In this document: piece after piece, positions 14,057 through 27,196 of the stretch
Layout: each line of letters starts with the position of its first letter
Numbering within the stretch: position 1 is the first letter of the stretch
Source of the DNA: Octopus vulgaris
Lineage: Eukaryota
Length of the DNA stretch: 64,000 nucleotides
NCBI GenBank assembly: GCA_951406725.2
Contig: OX597817.1
Coordinates: 11,780,001 to 11,844,000, forward strand
Reading direction: 5' to 3'
Translations under genes and position numbers: made by a program
The notes under the pieces: model-generated
What the model was told of the DNA's origin: nothing
What the model saw: the letters and a program-made list of their open reading frames with translations, nothing else
Database searches by the model: none

Positions 14057-14098
14057 ATAAACCTGATGACTGCGTAACGCATGAAAGTACTAGTTTAT
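14057..14098 (+). ncRNA. Minimal type I hammerhead ribozyme (Penelope-type)
   Basis: ATAAAC-CTGATGA-c-TGCG-taa-CGCA-t-GAAA-GTAC-TA-GTTTAT. Six-bp stem I, intact core, palindromic AGTACT stem III, CUA cleavage triplet ending at 14092. Confidence 0.8.
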
Positions 14099-14420
14099 TT
14101 TAATATTGCAAATTGGTAAAATTGTAAATAATAAAACGTGAAAACCAGACTTAGTTGGAATTTCATTGATTAACATATTCTTCTATACACAATCATACAA
14201 ACTCGGATAACAGACGTTGGATAGATGTTAGTTCATTACAAATGGTTCTTACGCATTTATATTAGATGAATGTGTACATTACATCAGTGCAAAAAACCGT
14301 ATTCAGCATATGATACTATGATACATATAATTTCAAATCAATATAAGAACACTCCATAAACGTGGTGAGAACACGCCTATATAAGAGACTAAAGTGTCCG
14401 TACGCCGGCATATGTATATA

Positions 14421-14913
14421 AAAAGAAATACAAAAATGGGACAAGACCGCAAAACATCCAGACAGTTAGATGATACGAAAAAAAAAGGACAAGAAAAACC
14501 AAGGACGGGTTATTCGGAGTTTTCTTTCATCAATCGAGTTCCAGATTATCTTTGCAATTTCAGTTGATTATACTCGAGTTTGCTCCAATCTAGCCAGCTC
14601 CAAGGAAAAACTAAGCTAAGAGCACTAGATTCCTTGGAAGAAAGCAGCAAATATATACGAAAACAAGGACGGAAAAATAAACGGAGAAATGATACACAAA
14701 TACAAATGCAAATAACAGGACATTAAGAACAGGTGTCTTTCGACTAAGGATGAATTAAATTAAGCTGGCATATGTGGAAGTGAAGCCTTACGGCAGGAAC
14801 ATAAAAGATGACAAGCATGGGGAGGAATATAGATGTTGTACAGATGGTAGTCGATCCTAGAAAGAAAGATCGGCCTTGGCTGAATACCGGTTACGTGGAG
14901 AGAGAGGGGTGAA

Positions 14914-14991
<78 letters not shown>

Positions 14992-15716
14992 ATATATGTA
15001 TATATAAATTTTATACGACACTTATTCTTTCATTCTTTCTTTTTCCTATCAGCCCCTTCAGATTTACTTCGTTCTTTCCACTCTTCTTTCTTTCGTTCCC
15101 CCTCTCTCACATTTCCTGGCTTCCTCTTCATTCTCGCCTTCCCTCCTTTTTCACCTCACTCTGTCTCTTTTCTTTTTTCACATCCCTCCCTAATTCTTCT
15201 ATCCCTTTGATTCTACCTCTCACCTCTCTCTCCTACCGACCGTTGTTCGGCCAAGCCTGACCTTTCTTTCTAGGTTCGACTACCATCTGTACAACATTTA
15301 TATTCCTCCCCATGCCTGTCATCTCTTGTCTCTCTACCGTAAGAATTCACTTCCACACACGACAGCTTAATTTAATTCGTCCTTAGTCGAAAGACACTTG
15401 TTCTTAATGTCCTGTTATTTGCATTTGTATTTGTGTATCATTTCTCCGTTTATTTTTCCGTCCTTGTTTTCGTATACATTCGCTGCTTTCTTCCTAGAAA
15501 CCTAGTGCTCTTAGCTTAGTTTTTCATTGGAGCTGGCCAGATTGGAGCTGGCCAGATTGGAGCAACCTCGAGTATAACCTTCCGAAATTGCAAAGATAAT
15601 CTGGAACTCGACTGATGAAAGAAAACTCCGAATGACCCGTCCTTGTTTTTTCTTGTCCCTTTTTTGTATCATTTGTCTGGATATTTTGCGTTTTTGTCCC
15701 ATTTTTTGTATTCCCT
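14421..15716. mobile_element. Long inverted pair (~490-bp arms 14421-14912 / 15218-15716) of a (TA)n-bounded Penelope-like terminal repeat
   Basis: The arms are reverse complements throughout (e.g. AAAAACTAAGCTAAGAGCACTAG / CTAGTGCTCTTAGCTTAGTTTTT). A diverged relative lies at ~57400-57810. Confidence 0.75.
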
Positions 15717-15768
<52 letters not shown>

Positions 15769-15958
15769 ACAGAAGAAAAAGATTCCTTAACACTCAAATT
15801 GCTACTGGACGAAATATCTCCAACAAATTCCGGACAAACCACCAGCACCTGGATATATCTCTGCAAACGATAACTCTTTACTCGAATGGGCTATGGTGCC
15901 CAAAGAATGACTGATATGAATCATCATTAAATGTCTTTTCCATGTCGTGCGATTAAGC

Positions 15959-15997
15959 TAGAAATGGCCTGGGCCAATTCTGGCCGAAACGTATCTA
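15959..15997 (+). ncRNA. Hammerhead-like fold with non-canonical 5' core (copy 1)
   Basis: TAGA-AATGGCCTG-GGCCA-attc-TGGCC-GAAAC-GTA-TCTA. Confidence 0.45.
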
Positions 15998-16005
15998 AAT
16001 ATCTG

Positions 16006-16073
<68 letters not shown>

Positions 16074-16084
16074 TCTCAATCACT

Positions 16085-16260
16085 CAGCTGTATTTCTGTG
16101 TCATGTTGCAAAAAGGTTTTGAGGGTGTTAAAGAAGGAGTAAATTTTGAGTACAGAACTTGCGGTGGCTTGTTCAACCAACAGCGATTAAAAGCAAAATC
16201 TAAGACTTCGGTGCAAACAGTTTGAGATTTGCTCTTCGCAGACGATTGCGCACTGAACCC
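16085..16260 (+). mobile_element. RTE-clade (BovB-like) RT fragment
   Basis: EGVNFEYRTCGGLFNQQRLKAKSKTSVQTV*DLLFADDCAL. Confidence 0.85.
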
Positions 16261-16295
16261 CCATTTGTTGTTCACAACGAGAGAATCCATCATAT

Positions 16296-16383
<88 letters not shown>

Positions 16384-16786
16384 TACAGTGAATAAATCAT
16401 ATTACTTTACTTCCACTGACTTTATTAATAAGTGCAAGGAAATCCAAATAGAATTTCAAGTGATTTCAACTGTAAATGAGGAGAACGGAGAAATGGCTGT
16501 CACTTAAACCGACTTCTTAACATTCTTGTATTTAAAAACAATCTATCATGTTTCAAATACTAAGTAACTTGTATATTGCATTTATTTTACTAACTAGATT
16601 GGACTTTTGAACAGTAGGTCGGCACACACTTTTGAAGTTTCGACTAGTTGTAATACAAATTCTTTGTCAAATAATTCTAAGTTCGATACAGACACGCTGC
16701 TGATTGTTTACGAAACACAAATATGAAGCACGCACGAGTCTATAGAACGGTACTGCTGCTACTTACTACAATGTGAATATTTTGTA

Positions 16787-17195
16787 AGGCGGCGAGCTGA
16801 CAGAAACGTTAGCGTGCCGGGCGAAATGCTTAGCGGTATTTCGTCTGGCGCAACGTTGTGAGTTCAAATTCCGCTGAGGTCGACTTTGCCTTTCATCCTT
16901 TCGGGGTCGATAAAGTAAGTACCAGTTACGCACTGGGGTCGATGTAATCGACTTAATACCTATGTCTGTCCTTGTTTGTCCCCTCTATGTTTAGTCCCTT
17001 GTGGGTAGTAAAGAAATATGTATTTCGTCTGTCGTTACGTTCTGGGTTCAAACACCGCCGAGGTCGACTTTGCCTTTCGGGGTCGATAAATAAAGTACCA
17101 GTTGCGCACTGGGGTCGATGTAGTTGACTTAATCCCTTTGTCTTTCTTTGTTTGTCCCCTCTATGTTTAGCCCCTTGTGGGCAATAAAGAAATAT
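16787..17195 (+). mobile_element. SINE family B, tandem dimer
   Basis: Full unit followed by a second unit restarting at GTATTTCGTCTG; TSD ATATTTTGTA. Confidence 0.9.
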
Positions 17196-17559
17196 ATTTT
17201 GTATCACACAAAAAAATAAAGCCCTTCAAATTATTGTCATTGATTTATTTAGAAACACTCTTCAACCGCTAGATCACAAACGTGGTATTTCTTCACTTCG
17301 GCTCTTCTACCTTCTTACAGGAGTCACTAGACTTTTTGTCAAATTAAATAATATTTAGGGACACTCACCTTTTTTGGCCTCCATTTTCTGGCATTTCACT
17401 CATTCATATCGTTTTTTTTTTTTTTGATATTTATAGGGACTGAAAAAAAAAAAACAGTGTTTATTGAAGAAATACGCTCCCCATCTCTCTTTAGCGGTCA
17501 CATTCTCGATCTTCTATTGAATCATGGATAGAAAGACAAATAAAGTGTATATATACTTA

Positions 17560-17792
17560 AGGCGGCGAGCTGGCAGAAACGTTACCGCGCCGGGCGAAAT
17601 GCTTAGCGGTATTTCGTCTGCCGCTATGTTCTGAGTTCAAATTCCGCCGAGGTCGACTTTGCCTTTCATCCTTTCGGAGTCGATAAATAAAGTACCAGTT
17701 TTGCACCGGGGTCGATGTAATCGACTTAATCTCTTCGTCTGTCCTTGTTTGTCCCCTCTATGTTTAGCCCCTTGTGGGTAGTAAAGAAATAT
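17560..17792 (+). mobile_element. SINE family B
   Basis: Full match; flanking duplication ATACTTAAGG. Confidence 0.9.
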
Positions 17793-20078
17793 AAATACTT
17801 AAGGAATCTGTAGAACATGGTATCAGTCACAATCGTTTGCGGTGGATGTGTGTAGTTTATATAAATGTGTGTGTGTGTGTGTGTGTGTATGTGTGTGTGT
17901 GGTGGACTCTCCTGACGACAGATAAGGATAACACAATTTCTTGCTGAACAACCTGCATTGATGATTTGTTTATAAGGATCAAATTCGGTGTTGTACATGA
18001 ACTCACAGCCACCATCATGATTGCCTGTACATGTGCATGTTGTGTCACACATCAGATCTCGAAATGATCGGAATGCAACATGAGATTAAATGTTTTGCAC
18101 AAGAGCACAAAATGCCGCCCGTTCCGGTAATCGAAACTGCGATCGTATTTGCAAAACACTAATCATAGGGCCACAATAACTTGTATACTAATTCCACTTA
18201 TTTATTCGATTATCTTTATTTTTTTTTTATGCCTTCTTTTGTTCGCTCTTAACGTTTCGATCTTAGATTTCTTAGAGTATTTTTCTTTTTGCATTTTTAT
18301 TTTATCTGTCTTTGAAAATATGGTTCATATTTTGCAATTTTATACTTCTTTCGAGGATGGGTTTGAGGCTCGTCAGCGGAAAGTCTGCTGCCAGCTTCTG
18401 GCCATCACTTTGTAGGTGTTCCTCTGCGGCCCGAAATTGATTTCGAGCAGAAATGGAAACTTTATTACGACAATAACTATTTAATTAGTTAATTACTTAT
18501 TTTTGTCTAGCTATAATGACTACAAGCAGCTACATTTTCACTCTGTCGAAGTATAAAGACAACATAGGCGATATATCATAAAGTAAAAACTAACACAAAT
18601 CAGTTCCTAATTAATATTTGATTGAGTACAATCTGAGGTAATTATCGTACATTCAGAATTGCAATAAAAATAATTTGATACAGAACTTCTTATAATAAAA
18701 TACCTTGTAAAACATTCGAGAATTTGTGCCAACCTATCATTCAAAAAATCTATTCTGGTTAGTAAAACACCAGGAATAAATTACCTAGTTTAATAGTTGA
18801 AAATATTTAGGCAGCAGCAGATAGAATCGTTCAAATTCCGTCGAGGCCGACATTGCCTTTTTTCCGTTTGTGGGGGTCGATAAATTAAGTGCCAGTTGAG
18901 TACTGGGGTTGATGTAATCGACTTCCCCACCCCGAGCTTGTTGACTTTGTTTCAAAATTTGAAACTAATATTTGAAACTTGAGAGATTCTTATTAAGTGG
19001 CAGTGATGGTAAGACGTCAAATCAAATGCGAACATTTCTCCCTCACCCCATCCACATACATTTACAGTTGAAATCGCTTCAAATTCTGTTACGATTTCGT
19101 TGCTCCTGTCTACTTCAAGTAATGAAATAGGATATATTCATTGTAATAATTTAAGAAACACCTCCCCGCCTTACACTGTCTGTATATATGTGTATGTACA
19201 TGTACACAACTGCTTATACATGATATGAATACATATGTAGTTTTGACACTCTACTACTCCACCCTATTCTCTTGTAATTTAGATTATTATATTATATTAT
19301 ATTAAATTATATTATTTGTATTATATTATATTATATTAGTTGAGATCGTGTAAGGTAGATAAATAACAGGTGCACTAATTGGACATTTCCTTAGTGGAAT
19401 TACTTCAGTATCTTCTTCTACAAGATGTTAATTACTTAGTGAAGAGATAAGAAGCCTTGATCTTTGTCTGCTCTCCTTCACTGGTTATAAATTGAAGGTT
19501 TTTATTTGTATCTATCTACTGTAGGATATTTTTATTGTATACACAAACGCACACGTGTCAGGTAGCAACTGATAACATGTAACCAAGTACAACTTGTTGC
19601 GTGGTGGGATCGTCGGCTAGTAAAGTGGCAACCCAACCAAGTTTGCTTGGTGAAGAACTGTAATTTTTATATATTCGAATGAATGAAAAGCAAGTCCGGC
19701 CAATCAACATAATGAAGTCAGTGGCTATCTGAGTAATGTATACCTTGCATACGTGAAGGTACAAGTTAGTGGCATACTGACATTTCATTCAAATATGGCA
19801 CAGAAGAAATAAGCAACTTTCAACTGCACTACTTGGAGGGAGGCAACAGCATGCCAACGGAACACTTGACGCAATTGGTACCATGCCCACTTGCTGAGCT
19901 AAGTCGAAGTTAATGCCTTCATTGATTACCAATGGACAAATATGACAGCTGTAGATATCTCCCCTTTTGTCTTCTTTCTTTTCTTCCTTATTTCTTACGT
20001 TCTTTTATTCTCTTTGGTAGCTGCTTGGTTAACGTGAAAACTGACAGGAAAACTGTCATACATACATACATACATACA

Positions 20079-20111
<33 letters not shown>

Positions 20112-20122
20112 TTATATATATA

Positions 20123-20312
20123 GTCGCCATGATAGATCAGTACCGACTACACATTTTTTTTCTTTCCTTGTTTTTTTTTTCTGTGTCCCTTTCTGTAGAA
20201 GAGCATAGGCTCGAAACATAAAAGACTTTTTCATTTCCTGAGCGTTATACTAATACATCTGTTTGTTTTCTACACCACCTGCCTTCGTCTTCTGTTGTTT
20301 TTTGTGAATTCT

Positions 20313-20315
<3 letters not shown>
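20123..20315 (+). mobile_element. (TA)n-flanked Penelope-like fragment with a variant minimal hammerhead (20189-20224)
   Basis: CTTT-CTGTAGA-a-GAGC-atag-GCTC-GAAAC-ATA-AAAG. Same family at 58168-58315(-) and 38955-39020(-). Confidence 0.6.
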
Positions 20316-20353
<38 letters not shown>

Positions 20354-21254
20354 CATGCATACATACACACACACACAAACACACACACACACAAAGACGC
20401 GTTGGCATATAAATGTACACTCGTATATGCTTGTTACCATAAATGGCAAAAATTATAAAGTACTGAATCGCGACCGTCCTGGATAGTGTAGTTTCACATC
20501 TTGTCTCCAGTGCAGCGTTGTATCTATATTCGAGATGTTAATGTCACAAAAATCATGCGTTGCTTGTTCAGAATATTACTGATTTTCATTTAAGGTGCTG
20601 GCGACATGGTTTGAAACTTCAATATCTAGATTGGTGGCATCTCAATACATTGTAGATTCGGCCAACTGTTTGTGTAAGTAAACAAACGTATGCGTGCGTG
20701 TACATTGCGCGTGTGTATGCGAGGGTGTGTATATATAGACATTCATATAATATGTTTTAGTATGTGTATGGGATCATTATTTCTTACTATGAAAATTGGA
20801 AAGTAGATGTTAGTTTTGGCTTTTATATCTTAGGAAAGCTCAACTCATTTATGTTTCAAGTAAGCTAAGTATAGAAACTACCTTCTAATGTTTCCTCGCC
20901 AAGATCTAAAATCTTGCTTTATCTCGCTCGTTGTTTTAGTGATAAATACTGGTTGCTTTTGTCGAATGGTAAAGTTCATGAATAGTCGTACGTTTTCGGT
21001 TAAATCCTAAAAACATTGGTTGCAAGATAACATAACTCTCTTGGATGAAAGAATATTTGTACAATTACTACTTAATTTACCAACGTTCTTGAGGTATGTA
21101 AGGCAAAACCGATTACAATGAGAATTGAATTTCCATTCTGTATGCAAGGAACTAATGTTTGTATAATGCTTAGGCAAAATCAATACCGCCATAAATCATT
21201 TTTCTCTCTCTTATAATGACTGAAATATATTAACTGCTGAACTATTCCCAATTT

Positions 21255-21610
21255 ACGCACATCGTTCAGTCTGGCGGCTTGCTCGGATCAATGCAACTCT
21301 TCCACGCCTGTTGTCCTGATCTTTCGTAGCAATCGTCTTGAGTATCCTCAACTCGATATTCATTGTCTTTCACAATTTGATCGATATATGATCTTCTTGG
21401 TCTGCTGATATTGCAAGCCCATGCGTGAGTTTCCAGAAAAGCTCACCAGATATTTCCTCCTTACTTCTCCAGCAACGTCTTGCATACCGTGTTCTGCGTT
21501 CTCCGATTACTGAGGTAATGGTAGGAAGATTGCCATATACTCATTGCTTTGTAAGATGTTACTGCCAAGAAAAATCGAGAACTGCACGAAGCATTCTCAT
21601 ATGTGTAAAA
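21255..21610 (-). mobile_element. RTE/RTEX-like LINE 3' end, degenerate
   Basis: Minus: VYGNLPTITSVIGERRTRYARRCWRSKEEISGELFWK..RPRRSYIDQIVKD, homologous to 45297-45716. Confidence 0.75.
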
Positions 21611-23228
21611 ATTAAGCTTATTTTCAAGTCCCTTCAGCGATCATGCCATAGAGAAATACTGCACAAGGCCAGAAATTTTAAGGAATAGGAGCGAGTCGAT
21701 TACGTCAACTTCGGTACGCAAGTACTCAGAGAGTTGAAAGGCGAAGAATTCGGAATATATAGAACCAGGAGGCATATTGCAAGGCATTTTCCAACGTTCT
21801 AATGATTCTGCCAATCCACCACCTTTATATTAGCTAACCAATGTTTGAAATTAGATACACTGTTGACAATCAGAGACAGTAAAGCATCGGATTAAACAGA
21901 CCTTAGTGTCAACTTTTGCCGACCTAAGTTCAAAACCTTTGAAAATTGATTATATTTTCCTTGAATCAGTAAAAAGTGCGAGCTGTTTATTGAGGTCTAT
22001 CCAATGGACTACACAGTTTCTCATCACGATCGTGGTCGAAGATACTGAAATACAAAAACTGTTTGAAATCGTCACTTATATTAGCTCTTAACTAACGTAT
22101 ATTTTAATGGCGGATCCATTAAACCGCTATAGTATAAAAGTAGAGCTTTTGTCGTGTTATTGATTCTCAATATTGGCCAAGAACACATCGCTGTAACTAT
22201 GCGCTACGTGGTCTTACATTTCAACACTAATCAGTTTATAGATGCTGATTTACCAGCTTGGGGAAAATATTTTGTTCAGTTTGATTAAGAGATGGATGAA
22301 CTTTTAATTGTATTAATTACTGGTTAATGATTTATCCTAATAATATTACATCATGTCAACGTCTTATAGGTTATTCCTGCGGTCTAATGGCATATCTTCA
22401 TACACGATATCCATCTATAGCTTTTTGTTTATAATTGCTTTATCTTATATTTGTTTCCATTTATTACATTAATCTCTAGCATCTGCTGAGGTGAACGCCC
22501 TGTTTAAGCTGCATCAGATTTCAGAGCATGCGCACACATGCACACGTACGCTCAGATAATATAGATATGCATGCATGTATAGATACATGCATACACATAC
22601 AAACACCTACATACATATCCACAGGCACGTGTGCGCGAATAACTTCTAATATTCTGATATCATTTAGCAATGATAGAAGGCAAAGGAAAAAAATATATAT
22701 CAGAAGCTACTTAAGCCAATTAAATATTACTCAACAGCGCCTGAAAATTACGATCTTGTTGTTCTGTCCCTCTTTAGTATCCCAATTTCTTCCTTGCCGT
22801 TTTATCTAATTTAATTTATTTTTCTTTATTTTATTTTATTTTATTTCATTAGTCTTCCGTCCGAACTTATGAAACCAACCAAGTAATTGGTTTCCTCGTC
22901 AAGTAAAGAGACAAAAAAAAAATCAACCAAATTAATGGTACTTCCATCTCAAACATACAAAACATGTCGAGCAGCATATAACATATTCTTCATGTTTCCC
23001 TCAGCAGATATTATTTTCCCTTTATTACTGATTTTTCTCTTTTTTTTTCCCTTCCTTCTCTCACTCAACACTTTCCTTTTTCAGGGTCATATATAAATTG
23101 TATAAATATTCAATTATGTCTACTTCACAGACTCTCACTTTCTAATGAGTTTCTAAACTTGCCTACAAAACCAGGCTTTTCCAATATTTCGCGCTATTAA
23201 CTTAATTTTTAGAAATCAAAATTATTTT

Positions 23229-23645
23229 GGGATCTTTTCGGTTTGAACGGCAGTTTTTTAAAATAATTTCCACATAACTAAACACTTGTAAACTTCGTAT
23301 GCTGGTAGAATGTGTTTATAAAACATCTTTTTCTCTTGGCTTTATTGAGAAAATTCTATGGTTTGTAAGATATTTGTTGTTTTTTTCTTCAATTTCTGCA
23401 ATTTCAACCAATCAATGACGTCTATTGAGGTGAAAACATTTTGTACCGTATGAATATGTCCTTCGTTTAAGAAACAGATTGGGTTTATTTACATTTGTGA
23501 AGAAAAAAAGATACCCTCCCCCCACCCCTAACCCTAACCCTAAAACAGATTGAAATGCAATAGATTGATACTAGCGTCATAATTATGGGTGACAATTTCA
23601 TATGACACCGCTAGAAAAAACTGCCGTTCAAACCGAAAAGATCCC
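23229..23645. mobile_element. Non-autonomous TIR DNA transposon (MITE), 6-bp TSD
   Basis: Perfect TIR GGGATCTTTTCGGTTTGAACGGCAGTTTTT / AAAAACTGCCGTTCAAACCGAAAAGATCCC; TATTTT on both sides; internal (CCCTAA)3. Confidence 0.92.
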
Positions 23646-24329
23646 TATTTTGATATTTACATCTTCACTACAATGCGATTGATTTTATCGCTAGTCATCA
23701 TTAGATATATTATTCCTAGTGTGTACGTAAGCATCTCATTTTGGACTCGGAACATTCACTTCTAAACAAAGAGCAGTAACTATCTTATTTAGTAGTTCAC
23801 CGATGCAGCTACTGAAAGTTTTAGTTGTTCTGTTTACCGCATATTGAATTAATCTCTCTTTAACACAAGCCTTGATTCAATTAACCTCATTCATTTTCTT
23901 CACTCATTTAATCTCACTAGTGTTGATTTTGTTGTTATTTTGTTTCAGATAGTCCTTGAATAACTGTTGCCTTCTCCGACTCCACTGTTGTGGTACTGCC
24001 AGGATATTGTGGCGGATGGTTTAGATACACTGTACCAGTATTGTAACAGTTAACAAGATAACGATGCAGCCGTAATAACAACGTAACGAACCAACAGACA
24101 CCTTCCGACTTCAGTGCGAACTCAACTCGAACTAACACGACTTCTTTTATTGGCCACACAAGGTCCAACACAGAGAGGACATTACAAGGACAGACAAGCG
24201 CACATACACAATATGATTACAATGAAAATGAAAAATATAATGAAATCGGATGGAAGTTTTAAAATTCTACAGAAATCAATAAAAATAAAAATTCCTATTT
24301 TGTATATACATCACCGGGTTAATTAACCC

Positions 24330-25370
24330 ACCGCCGTTATCCGTTGTATCCTCTTTTGTCGTTGGATGGCTATACTTTCATTCAATTATAAAAGTACACC
24401 ATTTCCATTCAACCGCAACTTTCTTACAACTGTCGTCCATCTTCTATCAAACGTACTATGCCACAGGTATCTCTTCTCCAGCAGGATTTTACTTTGGATA
24501 TGGTAGTAATAATAACTAACCAGCCTCCGGCTGGAGATGAAAGCACCTGTCGCGATCCCTTTCACACGTGTTTTCCATACTGTCTCTTTCAGTATGGCCA
24601 CTACGCAAAAAAAAAAAACAAGCCCTCCTCTCCCTGTTCAGGGAGGAGGACGGCACAATCTTAATAATAGATTCAGCTGATAGCTGTACTCTTTCTGTCG
24701 TTGATAGCAGCTGTTCGATATAGGTTATCAATTCTCTAATTTCCGTACACTGTACGAAGACGTGCAGGACAGTGTAACTGTCCCGCCCATACCTCTAACA
24801 GACCGGTGGGATGGCCCAACCGTGCCTTGATAACCTCTCTCGAACAGGTAAGGCAGATCGGTAAGACAACCAGTCAGGGATTTCTAGTAATTATCTAGAT
24901 ACCCCGACCCCAAAGTTCTTTCGAACAGGTTTGTCAACTTATTTCTATCGAAGCCTAGAGTCTCCCCAAGGACATCGTCTGACATGAACTCTACTAACTC
25001 GCTATAGAAGTCCGCGGTGGAAACTTCAGCTGCTGGTATTTCCCGCTCGGGAGAGTAGCGTGGGTGCCTGTCGGCACACTAGCTGTCAATCCCCAGTCTG
25101 GGTCTCCGCTTGATCCAAGGACCTAACTCACGAAGGGAGGTCAGTTGCGGTAAGAAAAACCTGCTCACCATCTATGTAGAGCCATAGATGCCTAAGCCTT
25201 AGCGCAAACTTGTGCATCTTCAACCATCGCATCCCTACACCACACTTTAATGGCGGCTTTTGGCAACAGATAGAGCGCCTTATAAGTGGTGTCCCTCTCC
25301 ACAAAATGAGGAAGAGGAGACGTTCCAACTCGCTCAGTCACGAATTGGGGCACGGTAAAGACTCAACCTG
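24330..25370 (-). mobile_element. Degenerate L1/Tx1-like LINE ORF2 3' part
   Basis: LERLLFLILWRGTPLIRRSICCQKPPLKCGVGMRWL resembles the post-RT region of Tx1/L1 ORF2. Confidence 0.7.
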
Positions 25371-25429
25371 GTAATGATGCCACAATTAGGCCTTTACTCG
25401 ATGAACAGGAGTGTTTGATTGAAGGACAA

Positions 25430-25710
25430 GATGAGATGTGTGAGGTCTGAAAGACCTCACAGAAGCACTTTACAAGTGCTGTTTGCTTACTATTTCGTGT
25501 ATGTGACTGTCTTTGGCATTATACTTGATAAACACTGTTCTGTCTGCGGTAGTCGTGTGAGTAAAATCTTGGTTCGCTTGTTCAAGTTTTGAAAGAATTC
25601 TTGCTCGTATTTCTCTATCTTCATTTGCTGTAAGACCATGTTGAAAAACGTGGTGCTTAAACATTTCAGGAGTAAGTTATTTAAGTTTAAAACTTTCACA
25701 CATTCTGTGG
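25430..25710 (-). mobile_element. Gypsy-type gag fragment
   Basis: FKHHVFQHGLTANEDREIRARILSKLEQ resembles the FKCLIFVxGL..DxEIRxRxLxKLE motif of invertebrate Gypsy gag. Confidence 0.6.
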
Positions 25711-25794
25711 ACTGTTCCTCCATACCCAATAAAGTCACCATCCTCTTTTTTTTTCATTTCCCCGACGACAAAGAAATAAGAACCCACAGTTTGG

Positions 25795-26603
25795 TAAAAC
25801 GGACCTGATATAATGATTTGGGATAAAGAAGAGAAACCGTGTACAGTGAAAAAGAGTATACCTACGCTGAACAATTAAGAAATCTGCAATAATTCTATCC
25901 AGATCATAAGTTCAGGTCTATACCTATTTCTTTACTACCCACAAGGGGCTAAACACAGAGAGGACAAACAAGGACAGACAAACGGATTAAGTCGATTATA
26001 TCGACCCCAGTGCGTAACTGGTACTTATTTAATCGACTCCGAAAGGATGAAAGGTAAAGTCGACCTCGGCGGAATTTGAACTCAGAACGTAACGGCAGAC
26101 GAAATACCGCTAAGCATTTCGCCCGGCGTGCTGACGTTTCTGCCTGCTCGCCGCCTTAGTCTATACCTGTAATTATTGGGGCCCTGGGAGTTGTAGCACA
26201 CTGCCTAAATACCAATCTTAAGAAACCAGAAGGGAGAAAGCTGATTCGAAGGCTACAGATCCATCACTGGAACTGTAAACATCTGTGAAACTTTGCAGAA
26301 GTTTATCATTTAAATATACATGAGCATGTCTAGACATGCAACTGTACGTATGAGAATACATTCATAAAACGAAACATACAAATCTTCACACACACACATA
26401 CATACATACATACATACATACATACATACATACATACATACATACATACATACATACATACATACATACAATCATGCATACATACATACATACAAAAATA
26501 CCTTGTTGATGTTGTTGAGATTCCAATGAAGAAGCTTTGGCTCTAGCTTAGAAAATGACGTTTTCTCTGTTGGCAAGGAATCTTGAAATAAAGCTGAATA
26601 ATG
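25795..26603 (+). mobile_element. 3' end of an RLE-type non-LTR retrotransposon (copy 1), split by SINE B, ending in (CATA)n
   Basis: NGPDIMIWDKEEKPCTV..YAEQLRNLQ*FYPDHKFR|IPVIIGALG..RKLIRRLQI..TGTVNICETLQKFII* (stop 26311-26313). Confidence 0.75.
25920..26157 (-). mobile_element. SINE family B
   Basis: Full match; TSD GTCTATACCT. Confidence 0.92.
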
Positions 26604-26662
26604 ACATACATACATACATACATACATACATACATACATACATACATACATACATACATACA

Positions 26663-26696
<34 letters not shown>

Positions 26697-26757
26697 CATA
26701 CATACATACATACATACATACATACATACATACATACATGCATACATGTATACATAT

Positions 26758-26788
<31 letters not shown>

Positions 26789-26857
26789 CATACATACATA
26801 CATACATACATACATACACACATACATACATATGCATATGCATGCATGCATGCATTT

Positions 26858-27170
26858 TAGACTTCTCAAAACTAGAAAGGAGAAAACTGATTCGACAACT
26901 ACAGATCCAAGCCATCACTGAAACTGTAAAAGTTTGTAAACCTTTCCAGAAGTTTATCTTTTATGTATATATATATAGCATGCCTAGACATACAAACTAT
27001 ATGCATGAGAATACATACATGAAACAAAACATACATATCCGAACATATACATATATATATATACAAATATACCTTGTTAATGTTGAAATTCCAGTGAATG
27101 AGCCTTGGATCGAGGTTAGAAACCAGCCCTTTCTCTACTGGCAAGAAATTTTGAAGTAAAACTGAAGGAT
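26858..27170 (+). mobile_element. Second, shorter 3' end of the same RLE family within (CATA)n
   Basis: FSKLERRKLIRQLQIQAITETVKVCKPFQKFIF plus a 3' UTR homologous to 26225-26600. Confidence 0.75.
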
Positions 27171-27196
27171 ATACATACATGCATACATACATAGAT

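Noticed and set aside
23526-23543. (CCCTAA)3 as an interstitial telomere
   Set aside because: Only three units, internal to a MITE.
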